From: Desulfovibrionales bacterium
GTDB lineage: Bacteria > Desulfobacterota > Desulfovibrionia > Desulfovibrionales > Desulfovibrionaceae
Length of the DNA stretch: 64,000 nucleotides
Direction: 5' to 3'
Assembly: GCA_038248065.1 (NCBI GenBank)
Contig: JBBRUD010000001.1
Coordinates: forward strand, 22,594-86,593
Made by a program: the position numbers and the translations under genes. The notes under the pieces were generated by a model. That model was not told the DNA's origin, made no database searches, and worked only from the letters and a program-made list of their open reading frames with translations. This document shows, in pieces, positions 43,560 through 53,728 of the stretch; the stretch's first letter is position 1, and each line of letters begins with the position of its first letter.

Positions 43560-45347
43560 CTAGCCGGGCGGCTCCACCAGGCAATAACCGTAGGGCAGGT
43601 TGCGGCATTCGGCGAATACCCGCGCCTCGCAACAGGCGCAGACATTGTCGTCAAGGTTCTTGAGCACTCCACGAAGAGCCTCGGGTTTTTTGCGGAACAC
43701 CACATCTTTGCCCAGCCCGCCCATGCAGCCGCAACGGCGCAGGGTGTCGAGCACCTCTTCTTTGAGGGAACACAGGTACAGCTTGCGTCCTTCCTTGGCC
43801 AGGATGGTCTCCTCCTGGAAGACCATCTGGCAGCCGGTCACATCGATAAAGTTCACGCCGCTGGCAACCAGCAGGATGTGTTTCTTCTCCGGCTCGTGGG
43901 AGAGAATCTGGTGGAGCTCCACAGTGATGTTGTTCACCGCGCCAAAGAATATGGAGCCGTCCAAACGAAGGATCTTGATCTGCGGGCATTCGGCCAGGCC
44001 CTTGCGCTTGACATTGCTCCAGGGGCGGCGGGGCAGGGAGGGGTCTGGAGCCAGGGTGATGAAATGGGGGTGTGCGGTGCGGTTGAGGTAGAACAGCAGG
44101 GAGAGCATCACCCCGGAGAACAGGGCGAATTCCAGGTTCACCAGCACGCAGGAGACTGCGGTGATGCCCATGATGATGGATTCTACCCGGCTGGTGCGCA
44201 TGATGCGATGGATTTCGCGCACATGGATGAGCCCGAACGCCACCACCAGGAGCACCCCGGCCACGGCGGCCATGGGCAGGTAGGCCGTGAGCGGGGCCAC
44301 CAGCAGGAGTACCGCCCCCACGGCGGCGGCGGAGACCAGGGCCGCCACCGGAGTCTTGGCCCCGGCCGCCAGGTTGACCCCGGTGCGGGTGAAGGAGCCC
44401 GAAGAAGCGTAAGATGAGGTGAAGCTTCCGGCGATATTGGCCAGCCCTTGGCCGATGAACTCCTGATTGTTGTCCAGGGCCTGGCCCGTGCGGCTGGCCA
44501 CGGACCGCGCAATGGACACGGCTTCGGCCAGCCCCAGCATGGCCACAGCCACGGCTCCGGGCATGAGGGCGGCAAGCTCTATCGGGTTCACCAGAGGCAG
44601 GGAGAGCGGCGGCAGCTGGCTGGGCAGCGCCCCTACCATGGCCAGATCGCCGCCCAGGAGCGCCGCCAGGGTGCTGGCCGCCAGCATGGCCAGCAGCAGG
44701 CCGGGCAGGCGCGGATACCGTGCCCTGAAGAAGGCCGCAGTCGCAACGGCGCACGCGCCTACGGCCAGGGCGTTGAGGTTGGTGTGGGGCAGTTGCTCCC
44801 ACACGGTCTGGCCGAATTTCCAGAAGGATTGCCTGGGCAGGTGGAGCCCCAGCAGGTGTCCGATCTGCCCCAGGGCGATGATCAGGGCCGCGCCCACGGT
44901 GAACCCGGTCATCACCGCCTGGGACACGAAGTTGATCAGCCCGCCCATCTTGGCCATTCCAAGGCCCAGTTGCACCAGCCCGGCCAGAAAGGTCAGTGCC
45001 AGGGCCAGTTGTATGTAATGGGGCGTGAAGGGCTGGGCCAGCACGGCCAGGTTGGTGAAGATGACCACCGAGATGGCCGTTGTCGGCCCAGAGATCAGAT
45101 GGTGGGAAGAACCGAAAAGCGCGGCCATGGCCGTGGGCACGATGGCCGTATACAGCCCGTATTCCGCCGGAAGCCCGGCAATGAGGGCGAAGGCCACGCC
45201 CTGGGGCAGCACGATGATGGCCCCGGTAAGGCCTGCCAGGAAGTCGGCCTTCAGATTGACCGTGGTTACCCGGCCCTTCCAGGGGCAGCAGGCCGGGAGA
45301 TGGACGACCTGCCGCAAACGGGCAAGGGAGTCGTGGAGCATGGACAT
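43560..45347 (-). CDS. SulP-family anion (sulfate) permease with C-terminal STAS domain
   Basis: DFLAGLTGAIIVLPQGVAFALIAGLP, many TM helices, STAS (ILRLDGSIFFGAV..). Confidence 0.92.
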   Translation of the reverse strand: MSMLHDSLARLRQVVHLPACCPWKGRVTTVNLKADFLAGLTGAIIVLPQGVAFALIAGLPAEYGLYTAIVPTAMAALFGSSHHLISGPTTAISVVIFTNLAVLAQPFTPHYIQLALALTFLAGLVQLGLGMAKMGGLINFVSQAVMTGFTVGAALIIALGQIGHLLGLHLPRQSFWKFGQTVWEQLPHTNLNALAVGACAVATAAFFRARYPRLPGLLLAMLAASTLAALLGGDLAMVGALPSQLPPLSLPLVNPIELAALMPGAVAVAMLGLAEAVSIARSVASRTGQALDNNQEFIGQGLANIAGSFTSSYASSGSFTRTGVNLAAGAKTPVAALVSAAAVGAVLLLVAPLTAYLPMAAVAGVLLVVAFGLIHVREIHRIMRTSRVESIIMGITAVSCVLVNLEFALFSGVMLSLLFYLNRTAHPHFITLAPDPSLPRRPWSNVKRKGLAECPQIKILRLDGSIFFGAVNNITVELHQILSHEPEKKHILLVASGVNFIDVTGCQMVFQEETILAKEGRKLYLCSLKEEVLDTLRRCGCMGGLGKDVVFRKKPEALRGVLKNLDDNVCACCEARVFAECRNLPYGYCLVEPPG

Positions 45348-45520
45348 AGGCGTCTCCGGTTGGATCCATGCTACCCCGGCTTGGGGGTTTTGCCAATCAG
45401 CGGCGGTGAGAATAGGCAGACTAAGCGCCCAAGTTGGGTCGCCTCTGGATTACCGGAGATGGGCCGCCAACGGGTTCGGCTGACCGCTCCGAAATAGCGG
45501 GCGTAAGGTATCACCACCTC

Positions 45521-46219
45521 TTACGCAGGCAGCATGCCCGCTTCTTCCAGCGCGGCTCGGGCGCCTTCAAGGCGGGCGATGAAGTGGGCCAGGGGCTTGG
45601 CGAAATCTTCTCCAGAGAAGCTCAGTCCCAAGGCGTTGTGGCGCTTCAAGGGGGTGTTGTTCACCACCACGGCCTGCACGGGCTCTGGCTTCAAGGGGTC
45701 GAAGGGCAGATGCAGCCCGACAACGTCTCCGGCATGGGCCGTAAATTTTTCCAACTGCCCGCGACCGTCCACCACCATGCGGCAGCCTCCGGCGCTGACG
45801 TCGGTAACCAGCCCGGAGACCGTCATGTCGGCGTTGTGCAGCACAGCGGGCAGCATGCACCGGGTGCGCTTGTGCTGGCGGAGGTGGATGCACTCCACCT
45901 TTTGCGGATAGGCGAACACCAGCATGGGGTTGGGCTTGTTCATGGAGGTGACCACCTCTGTGTGAAAGCCGTACACCGCGCCGTTGTGTTCCAGCCGGAT
46001 GGTCAGGGTGGAGCCGGGTTGCAGCTTGCTCTGGATGCCGGGCACCATGGGCAGCCGAGTGATGACGTATTCGTAGGGTTCAAGGCCTACGATGGTGGAA
46101 CGGTATTTCTGGCCGCCGATATCAAATTGCAACAGGCAGCGCTGGCCTATGGAAAAATCGAGGCTGTAGCCGGATTCGAGGCTCCGGCGCTGGCTGTGCG
46201 ACGAGGAGGGGGCGTTCAT
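45521..46219 (-). CDS. PilZ-domain protein (YcgR-like, PilZN + PilZ)
   Basis: RxxxR motif (LRQHKRTR) and D/NxSxxG motif (DVSAGGCRM) at the spacing expected for c-di-GMP binding. Confidence 0.8.
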   Translation of the reverse strand: MNAPSSSHSQRRSLESGYSLDFSIGQRCLLQFDIGGQKYRSTIVGLEPYEYVITRLPMVPGIQSKLQPGSTLTIRLEHNGAVYGFHTEVVTSMNKPNPMLVFAYPQKVECIHLRQHKRTRCMLPAVLHNADMTVSGLVTDVSAGGCRMVVDGRGQLEKFTAHAGDVVGLHLPFDPLKPEPVQAVVVNNTPLKRHNALGLSFSGEDFAKPLAHFIARLEGARAALEEAGMLPA

Positions 46220-46237
46220 TATTAACCTGGGGTTATC

Positions 46238-47557
46238 TTATATCCATTCTACAACGGCGGGTGCCGACATTTCCGATGGTTCAACACAGCGGACGATTTC
46301 GTATCCGTTGGAACCAATTTCCCGACAAAGGCGCCCGGTGTCAATACGTTTCCGGGTGATAGGTTGTGTGTGACGGTTGCCGAAAATCATAACTTCGGGG
46401 AAAAGCGGTCGTTCTCTGTTCTGCCGGGTGACCACGGCGTACAAGCCGTTACGAAGCTGAACCACGCTGGAAGGCGGATACAGGCCCACGCACTGGATGA
46501 AATGTTCCAGTAAGGGTTTGCTGAAATGGCTGCCACGTGATTCGTACAGGGTTTTAAGCGCCATATGGGGGGACATGCGCTTGCGGTACACCCGATCGCT
46601 GGTCAGCGCGTCAAAGACGTCGAAGATGCCGAGCATGGCCGAGAGGTTGCCAATGGCCTTCCCTTTCAGGCCGTGGGGATAGCCGCTGCCGTCATGGCGC
46701 TCGTGGTGTTCCAGCACTGCGCGAACAACCCGTCGTGGAACACCGGGCAGGTTTTCGGCGTACTGCCAGCCCAGCACGGGATGGCGCTGGATGGCCTGGA
46801 ATTCGTTTTCGTCCAGAGGACCGGGCTTGTTGATGATGGCCTTGGGCAATAAGCACTTGCCCACGTCGTGCAGCAACCCAGCCAGGCCCAGGGTCTCTAT
46901 TTCCGATTGCCCAAGGCCCAGATGCTTGCCCATGAGCACGCCGAGGGCGGCCACGTTCAGGCAGTGGGTGTAGGTGTAATCGTCAAAGGCTTTGAGCACG
47001 GAGAGCAGTTGGATGACACTGCCGTTGGCGTTGACCGTGGCCGCCAGCTTGCTGATAAGCCCCTTGGCCTCGTCGACGTCGAGCATCTGGCCGCTGGCCG
47101 CCGCGTCGAGAAGCTTCCTGGTGCAGGCGATGGCCTGGGTGAACAGAGCCTTGGCGAAACGCAATGTGCCTTGGCCGTCTTCAGGCAGGGGCACCAGCGG
47201 TGAGGAGGGCGCATCTAAAGGCGTGCTTTTCTGGATGGGCTCAGGGGGCGCGGCGGACTCGTGCTCGCCCAGAGCGGCTTCAGGCGGCTCAAAGTCCGGC
47301 GGCGGTTGGCCGTTTTCGTCCAGCCCCTTGGAGGTGTCGATGGAGACGTGGAGAACCCCCAGTTGCTCCAACTCGCGGATGACAGCGGGGGTATGGTTCA
47401 GGCCAAGCTGAGAGGTGAGGAATGGGTGTTTGAACCAGGAGATGTCCATGGAGTGCACAAACATCCCCGTCCGCAGCACGTCGAGAGGGATGCGCACGAT
47501 GCGTCGCGTCGCGGGCGGCCTGACTGTTTCTGTCGAAGTGGCCATATCGCGCGTCAT
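46238..47557 (-). CDS. HD-GYP domain phosphodiesterase
   Basis: LLHDVGK, HHERHDGSGYPHGL (HD..GYP), with an N-terminal DUF3391-like region. Confidence 0.88.
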   Translation of the reverse strand: MTRDMATSTETVRPPATRRIVRIPLDVLRTGMFVHSMDISWFKHPFLTSQLGLNHTPAVIRELEQLGVLHVSIDTSKGLDENGQPPPDFEPPEAALGEHESAAPPEPIQKSTPLDAPSSPLVPLPEDGQGTLRFAKALFTQAIACTRKLLDAAASGQMLDVDEAKGLISKLAATVNANGSVIQLLSVLKAFDDYTYTHCLNVAALGVLMGKHLGLGQSEIETLGLAGLLHDVGKCLLPKAIINKPGPLDENEFQAIQRHPVLGWQYAENLPGVPRRVVRAVLEHHERHDGSGYPHGLKGKAIGNLSAMLGIFDVFDALTSDRVYRKRMSPHMALKTLYESRGSHFSKPLLEHFIQCVGLYPPSSVVQLRNGLYAVVTRQNRERPLFPEVMIFGNRHTQPITRKRIDTGRLCREIGSNGYEIVRCVEPSEMSAPAVVEWI

Positions 47558-47744
47558 GCCGGGCTTCCAGGTTGGGCGGCAGCCGTGGCGGTCTTGAGTT
47601 TGGCGAACCGGTTTAAGGAAAAACCCTGAATCATGGCTGAGCGCCGCTGCCTTCCAGAGCCCCTTTTTTACGGAAGGGCCTTCTCGGAAGGATACCTATT
47701 ACAGAAATCAAGTCATTCCAGCAATACTCGTTTCCCGCATTTTG

Positions 47745-47842
47745 CACGAGGAATAGGGGGGGGCGTGGGTGCAGTTCGCTCGCATCGTTTGACAAAGCGA
47801 AGCCAAGGGGGGCGTTGCCCCCCGGTCGCCGGAGGCGGTTCT
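47745..47842. repeat. Degenerate copy of the composite GC-hairpin repeat (copy C)
   Basis: GGAATAGGGGGGGGCGTGGGTGC.. and GCGAAGCCAAGGGGGGC-GTT-GCCCCCCGGTCGCCGGAGGCGG align to modules of the long-type copies. Confidence 0.6.
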
Positions 47843-47930
47843 CGCCGCTCCCGGGATATGGTGAAACAAGGCGCGAACAGTCCGTAGAAAAGCCGATACC
47901 TGCTACCGGCAAGGATTTTTCAATAGGCTG

Positions 47931-49265
47931 CTAGGGCGCGGCAGGGCCGCCTTTGAGGTAATGGGATATGCTCATGATGGTGTTCACGTACACGTCGGAG
48001 TGATTGTAGCGGAACAGCGAGTCGCGCAGGGTGGCCTCGTCGTCCATGTTGCCGGTGAAGCCGTGGGCGCGCAGGTAGTTGCCCATGGAGTGCACCGCGT
48101 CGGTGACCTCGAAGATATCCACCTTGCCGTCGTTGTTGCCGTCTACGCCGAAGCGCAGCAGGCTGGAGGGCATGAACTGGCTGATGCCGATGGCTCCGTA
48201 GATGGAGCCGGGCATGGCCACGGGGTCCAGGCCGTTCTGGCGGGCGTAGGTGAACAGGGCCTTGAGTTCGGTCAAGGCCCAGGCGGCCTGGCTCTGGGCT
48301 TTCTCGTCGAGCCATGCCCGGTGTTTGGCAGAGACGGTTTCCCCGGCAAACACCTGGGCAACTTTGTCGTAGCTGGTGCTGGCGGCCATGCTGGCCAGGT
48401 TGTTGATGGCCAGGTCGTTGCCCAGGAACTTGCCCGCCCGCGTCTCTACGGTCAAAAGACCAACGGTAGCTGTGGGCGGCACGCCGTAGCGGTCCTGCAC
48501 CTGTTTGAGCAGGGGGCCGTTGGCGTCGTAAAAGGCCTTGGCCTCGCCCAGTCGCTCCGGGGTCAGCAGGGCCTCGTACACCTGGGCCGGACCGGCATCG
48601 GCCTGGGCCTTCAGCGCGGCGCGCACTTCCGGGGAGGCTTTGCGGCGCTCCTGGCGGGCCAGGGTGAGCAGCTCCAGGCTGTAGCGGCCGTCAACAGGCA
48701 GGCCGTGGTCACGCTGGAAGGCCCGTACGCCGTTGCGGAACTGGCTGCTCAGGCGACCGCTGGCCGTTCCGAAGTAGTAGTCCAGACCGGTCAAAAGGGT
48801 CTGGAGCTGGCGCACCACGTCGGAGCCGTACTTGGCGGTGTATCTTTCCAGCAGCTTCGTGCCCATGGGGGCGGTGCTGAAGCGTACCTCGGGCCGGGCG
48901 AAAACCTTTTGCACATCGGCGGCGGGCACGCCTCCAGCGATCAACAGGGCCTTCACGCCGTCGAAATCCCCGGCCAGCGCGGCAGTGGGCGTTGCAGCCC
49001 AAGTCAGCACGGCCAGCAGCAGGAGCAGGGTGCGGCAACACCCCTGTTGCCGCGCCAGGACCACGGGCCGCGTCAAGGCCAGGGGGGGGGCCGGGGCTGC
49101 GTCTCGGGCCACGGCAGAGGGCTGAGCCGAGGCTGGAACTGCGGCCAGCTCTGGGGCCAGAGGCTGTGCCGGGGTCTTCAGTTGGGTTTCGGCTGACGAC
49201 AGGCCCGGAATCTGAGCAGTTACGCGAGGAGTAGCGGCATGTCGGGGGGTAGGCTGAGTATACAA
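47931..49265 (-). CDS. Lytic murein transglycosylase (MltB-like) with a peptidoglycan-binding domain
   Basis: GVRAFQRDHGLPVDG (PG-binding), TVETRAGKFLG, GAIGISQFMPSS, DGNNDGKVDIF. N-terminal start uncertain. Confidence 0.85.
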   Translation of the reverse strand: MYTQPTPRHAATPRVTAQIPGLSSAETQLKTPAQPLAPELAAVPASAQPSAVARDAAPAPPLALTRPVVLARQQGCCRTLLLLLAVLTWAATPTAALAGDFDGVKALLIAGGVPAADVQKVFARPEVRFSTAPMGTKLLERYTAKYGSDVVRQLQTLLTGLDYYFGTASGRLSSQFRNGVRAFQRDHGLPVDGRYSLELLTLARQERRKASPEVRAALKAQADAGPAQVYEALLTPERLGEAKAFYDANGPLLKQVQDRYGVPPTATVGLLTVETRAGKFLGNDLAINNLASMAASTSYDKVAQVFAGETVSAKHRAWLDEKAQSQAAWALTELKALFTYARQNGLDPVAMPGSIYGAIGISQFMPSSLLRFGVDGNNDGKVDIFEVTDAVHSMGNYLRAHGFTGNMDDEATLRDSLFRYNHSDVYVNTIMSISHYLKGGPAAP

Positions 49266-49279
49266 GATGTGCCTCCTGG

Positions 49280-50314
49280 TTACGCGCCGCCGAGCATGGC
49301 GCCCAGATCCAGCAGCAGGCCGCGACCGTCTTCCAGGCCGCAGGCAAGGTGCATGCCGTTTCCGCCCCAGGCCAGGGTGGAGACCGGGCTTCCCGGCGTG
49401 TGGTCCAGGGGGAAGGCCGCAAAACGGTTGAGTTCCGTCAGCAGGATGCGTCCGTCGTCAAAGCCCACGGCTGCGAAGGGGATATGGGCGTTGGCCGCCA
49501 CGGCGCAGGCGTTGGCCTCCTCTTGCACGGCAAAGGCGATGGGGGTGGGGGTTTCATTGAAGCAGCCGGGCACGGGCCAGCACAGCACGGCCCTGGCGCC
49601 GGTGGTCATCAGGTGGCGGCTGTCGTGGGTCCAGGCCAGCTGGGAGGATTTCCCCGGCAGCCCGGTAATGGCGAACACCGTCTGGGCCGCCAGATCCAGG
49701 ACATGCACCGCGTTTTCCTGGTGGGAACAGGCCAGGTATTTGCCGTCCGGCGAGAAGGCCAGGGCCAGGTTGCCGCCTTTCCACGCGATGGTCACCGGGG
49801 TTTTGGGCTCGTCCAGGTCCCACAGGGTCAGGCCGCCGATGTGGGAGGCGGCCAGTATGCCCCCGGCAGGACTGATGGCCAGACCGGTGACGGTGGAAGC
49901 ATGGGGGCCGAACTGGCAATGGCTGCCTGTGGTGAGGTCGAGCACCAGGGCTTCCAGGCCTGCGCCGATGGCCATGATTGAATGGTCGGGGCTCAGGGCG
50001 GCCGGTTCCAGCCATTTGCCGGGAAATTGCATGATTTCGGTAACTTCTCCCTGGCCGTCCACATGGCACAGGCGACCGTCGTCTCCGCCGGTAATGAAGC
50101 CCGAGGCCGGATGCGCCCCGATGCTCAGGGTGGAGCCGTCATGGACCTCGGCGAACTCGGCAAAGCCGTCGGGCAGGCTGATAAGGGCTACCCGACCGTC
50201 GCCCAGCGCGAAGGCCAGTTGTTGGCCGTCGGGGGTGAAACAGGCTTTTTCGGGGTAGGCCCCCAGGTTCCATTGCCACAGGCCCTGCGAGACGAGGGTG
50301 GGTGTGATGGTCAT
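49280..50314 (-). CDS. WD40-like beta-propeller repeat protein
   Basis: Repeated ..SPDG..LA.. / ..G.V..WD.. blades ([32 protein letters not shown]). Overlaps the upstream gene by 4 nt. Confidence 0.7.
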   Translation of the reverse strand: MTITPTLVSQGLWQWNLGAYPEKACFTPDGQQLAFALGDGRVALISLPDGFAEFAEVHDGSTLSIGAHPASGFITGGDDGRLCHVDGQGEVTEIMQFPGKWLEPAALSPDHSIMAIGAGLEALVLDLTTGSHCQFGPHASTVTGLAISPAGGILAASHIGGLTLWDLDEPKTPVTIAWKGGNLALAFSPDGKYLACSHQENAVHVLDLAAQTVFAITGLPGKSSQLAWTHDSRHLMTTGARAVLCWPVPGCFNETPTPIAFAVQEEANACAVAANAHIPFAAVGFDDGRILLTELNRFAAFPLDHTPGSPVSTLAWGGNGMHLACGLEDGRGLLLDLGAMLGGA

Positions 50315-51279
50315 TTGCTCACCAGACAGTCCCGGAAGGCGATCTGCAACGCCAGCCGGTCCAGGTTGCGGCCTATGAAAACGGCCTTGTTCGTGGGGGT
50401 TTCGTCGTCGCGCCAGGGCTGGGTCCAGCCCATTTCCACCAGCATGTGCACGCCTTGGAACACGAAGCGCTGGCTGGAGCCTTCCGGGGCCAGAATGCCC
50501 TTGCAGCGGTAGATGTCCTGGCCTTTTCCGTTAAGGTATTCGCCCAGCCAGTTCTTGAACTTTTCCAGATTCAAGGGGCGGTCGCTCACCAGGGAGACCG
50601 AATCCACGCCCTGGACATGGCTGTGCCCGCCTTCGTGGTCCGAAAGCAGCTCCGGGTCCAGCACCAGCACCCGGTTGAGGTCGAAGGCTTTGCGCTCCAG
50701 CACCTTGTCCAAGGGGATAAGGCAGCGGGTGGTGGGGATGATTTCTGCGTGGGCGTTCAGGGAGCGCACCCGCTCCAGTACGGCGTCGCGCTGTGTTTCG
50801 TCCACCAGATCCATCTTGTTGAGCAGGATGACGTCGGCGAAGATCACCTGTTCCATTGCTTCGTGGCCGTTTTGCATCTGGCCGTCGAAGTGGCGGGCGT
50901 CCACCACGGTGATCACCGCGTCCAGGGTCGCACGGGCGCGGGTCTCCTGGTCCAGGAAGAAGGTCTGGATCACCGGGGCAGGGTCGGCCAGCCCGGTGGT
51001 TTCGATGAGGATGCCGTCGAGCTTGCCCTTGCGGCGCACCAGCGCGCTGACCATGCGGATGAGGTCGCCGCGCACGGTGCAGCAGATGCAGCCGTTGTTC
51101 ATCTCGAAAATTTCTTCGCCGGTATGGGACACCAGCTCGTTGTCGATGCCTACTTCACCGAATTCGTTGACGATGACGGCGTAGCGCTTCCCGTGGTTCT
51201 CGGTGAGGATGCGGTTCAAGAGGGTGGTTTTGCCGGCACCGAGATAGCCGGTCAAAATGGTAACCGGAATAGGAATCAT
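50311..51279 (-). CDS. COG0523 (CobW/YjiA/ZigA-type) G3E metallochaperone GTPase
   Basis: [19 protein letters not shown]-loop, [10 protein letters not shown] (CxCC metal motif), ETTGLADP, His-rich linker DHEGGHSH, CobW C-terminal domain. Confidence 0.9.
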   Translation of the reverse strand: MIPIPVTILTGYLGAGKTTLLNRILTENHGKRYAVIVNEFGEVGIDNELVSHTGEEIFEMNNGCICCTVRGDLIRMVSALVRRKGKLDGILIETTGLADPAPVIQTFFLDQETRARATLDAVITVVDARHFDGQMQNGHEAMEQVIFADVILLNKMDLVDETQRDAVLERVRSLNAHAEIIPTTRCLIPLDKVLERKAFDLNRVLVLDPELLSDHEGGHSHVQGVDSVSLVSDRPLNLEKFKNWLGEYLNGKGQDIYRCKGILAPEGSSQRFVFQGVHMLVEMGWTQPWRDDETPTNKAVFIGRNLDRLALQIAFRDCLVSK

Positions 51280-51313
51280 GAAGCCTCCGGGAAGTGTATT
51301 GGGCCAACCGGAG

Positions 51314-53494
51314 CTAGACCGGCAAAGCGCCGGTGTCAACCGCGCTCAGCGCGGCCCGGGCTTCGTAGTAGGGCGTGCCGTTGCCCAGGGCGCTGACGGC
51401 GTCGGGGATCAGCCGGTTCAGCCCGTGGCCGGCCTTGGCCCAGCCTCCCCGGCGGCACAGGCAGACGTCGGGGCGCTGGCGGGGGTCCAGGCGGAGGGTC
51501 ACCAGTATCCGCCCGAGGCTGGTTGCGAGCCAGGCTGTGTCTCCGTCGCCCATGCCGGGCGCGGCTTCGGGGTGGACCACGGCTACGGGGCGGGGAGAGT
51601 GCTCCTCCAGGGTGAGTTCCGAGCACAGATGCTCCGGGCTGCCGGTGGTCAGGAGGGTCAGGGGGTAGGCCGGGTCGTAAGCGGCAGTCGGGGCAAGGCT
51701 ATGCGTTGGACCATGGGCCGGGGTGCGCCCCTGCGGGGCCGGTGCGGTAACGTCTTGGGGCGTACCGGTCTCGCCGGAAGCGGTCAGCCCACCCAGAAAT
51801 TCGAAGCGCCCCGAGGGGGTGGCGAAGGCCTTGTCCGTCCAGGCCGCCATGGGAGCTTCAGGATGGCGCACCGGCCCGGCCCGCAGTGCCTCCAGGGGAA
51901 TGCCCAGGTCCAGCAGGGGGCGGCAGATGCGCTCAAGCCACTGGGCTTCCGGGGCGCAATACTGCTTGGCAAAGGGGAAGCGCCCGGCCAGGTCCTGGTA
52001 GATGGCGAACTGGGAGCGGCACTCCCCCACCGGCTCGATGGCCTGGTTCACCGGCCCGACCCAGTTGTGGCCGTAGGAGGCCACGATGTCGTTTTCCTCC
52101 AGAAATGTGGTGCAGGGCAGGAACAGGCTGGCCGTATCGGCAGTGTCGTCCAGGAAGTGGCCCATGTGCACCACGAATTCGGTGCGCCGGAAGGCCTCCT
52201 CCACCAGTTTGGCGTTGGGAGCCATGCACACCGGGTTGGCCGCGCTGGAGACGATCATGCGGATGGCCGGATGTTCTGCTGCCAGAATCTCCCGCCCTAT
52301 GCGGGGCATGAGCAGGGTACGCCGGGGGGGATGCAGGTCCTGCCCCCACAGGGATTGCTCGTAGGGGCCGTACTCCTCGAAGCCCTGGCTCACCCCGCCG
52401 CCGGGCAGGCCGATGTTGCCGGTGATGGCCGACAGGGCGTCGATGGCCCGCACGCCCAGATGGGCGTCCACATGGCGGTGCATGCCCCAGCCCAACAGGA
52501 TGGCCGTGGGACCGCCGGTTGCGCCTGTCACGCCGGACGGCCCGGTCGTGCCAGCCTCGCCGGACGCGCCGGGTTCGCCCAAGAGGCCCGCCACGCCGGA
52601 CGGTCCATCCCCCTCAATCAGGCCCGGTTGGCTTTGGGAGGTCTGGCGGCCCTGTACCATGGCCCGCGCCAGATCCAGGCAATCGGCAACGGAAACCCCG
52701 GCCAGGGCGGCCAGTTCCTCCAGGGAACGTTGCTCCACCAGGGCTTGAAAGGCTGCGAAGTTGTTGGTGTGGCTGGCGATGAAGTCCCGGTCCTCCCAGC
52801 CGTTTGTAAGCACGACCTTGGCCGCGCCAAGGGCCAGATACAGGTCCCCGCCGGGGCGCAGCTGGATATGGCGGTCGCACACGGAAAGGCTTTCGGTGGC
52901 TGCCGGGTCCACCAGCCAGACTCGGCCGCCCTTCTTGCGCACCTGGGCCAGCACCGGCAGCAGGGCGAACTGGGTTGCAGCCGGATTGCGCCCCCACAGG
53001 ATCACCATGCCGCTGTTGCAGTGGTCCAGGGGGTCATGGGACTGCCGAGTGCCGAAATCCTGGCACATGGCGGCGTAGGCCGTGCCGCTGCACAGGGTGC
53101 CCTCCGGGGTGGTGACGCCGCCCAGGTGGGCGAAAAAGCGGGCGTTGAGCAGCTTGAGGGCAGTGCGCTCTCCGTAGCCCTGGTAGTGCAGGATGGCCTC
53201 AGGGCCGGAGGCGGCCACTATGTCCTGCATGCGGTCGGCCCATTCGTCCAGGGCGTCTTGCCAACTGATGCGTTGCCAGCTTGAGCCGTTGCGGCGCAGG
53301 GGATGGGTCGCGCGCTCCGGGCTGTACACCCGCGCCGGGTAGCCCTGCATCTTGGCGCAACGCCCGCCCCGGTTGAGGGGATGGGCAGGGTTGCCGGTAA
53401 GGGCCGTCAGACGGCCGTTTTCCACGCGGGCTGTTAGGCCGCAGCAACTGGGGCAATCGCGGGTGCAGGTGGTAATGACGGTGGTTGAGGGCAT
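51314..53494 (-). CDS. Cytoplasmic molybdopterin (MopB-family) oxidoreductase with an N-terminal Fe-S Cys cluster
   Basis: N-terminal [11 protein letters not shown]..(27 aa)..C. Molybdopterin oxidoreductase core ([18 protein letters not shown]) and a C-terminal molydopterin-binding barrel ([15 protein letters not shown]). No Tat signal. Confidence 0.82.
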   Translation of the reverse strand: MPSTTVITTCTRDCPSCCGLTARVENGRLTALTGNPAHPLNRGGRCAKMQGYPARVYSPERATHPLRRNGSSWQRISWQDALDEWADRMQDIVAASGPEAILHYQGYGERTALKLLNARFFAHLGGVTTPEGTLCSGTAYAAMCQDFGTRQSHDPLDHCNSGMVILWGRNPAATQFALLPVLAQVRKKGGRVWLVDPAATESLSVCDRHIQLRPGGDLYLALGAAKVVLTNGWEDRDFIASHTNNFAAFQALVEQRSLEELAALAGVSVADCLDLARAMVQGRQTSQSQPGLIEGDGPSGVAGLLGEPGASGEAGTTGPSGVTGATGGPTAILLGWGMHRHVDAHLGVRAIDALSAITGNIGLPGGGVSQGFEEYGPYEQSLWGQDLHPPRRTLLMPRIGREILAAEHPAIRMIVSSAANPVCMAPNAKLVEEAFRRTEFVVHMGHFLDDTADTASLFLPCTTFLEENDIVASYGHNWVGPVNQAIEPVGECRSQFAIYQDLAGRFPFAKQYCAPEAQWLERICRPLLDLGIPLEALRAGPVRHPEAPMAAWTDKAFATPSGRFEFLGGLTASGETGTPQDVTAPAPQGRTPAHGPTHSLAPTAAYDPAYPLTLLTTGSPEHLCSELTLEEHSPRPVAVVHPEAAPGMGDGDTAWLATSLGRILVTLRLDPRQRPDVCLCRRGGWAKAGHGLNRLIPDAVSALGNGTPYYEARAALSAVDTGALPV

Positions 53495-53530
53495 CGCGGA
53501 CTCCGGGAATGGGCGGGTGGAGCCTTATAG

Positions 53531-53561
53531 AAAAAAACGCCGTGGTGCGCCACCCTGCGGC
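53531..53561 (-). terminator. Terminator-like hairpin plus U7 inside the 5' leader of the molybdopterin oxidoreductase gene
   Basis: Minus strand reads GCCGCAGGGTGGCGCACCACGGCG-TTTTTTT, about 35 nt upstream of the ATG at 53494. Confidence 0.4.
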
Positions 53562-53728
53562 TTCTCAGGCTGCCGACCAGCCGTGCAGGCGTGGCGACCA
53601 TGCAGTGCGGCTTCCCAGGATGTCGACCCGCCCGACTTGGGCTGCAACCTGGCGGCGTGCGTTGCGACCGTGTCGAAAGCGCCCAAACCCTTGACCAAAG
53701 GCTGTGGCTGAAGGTAGCCGTTGGCAAC

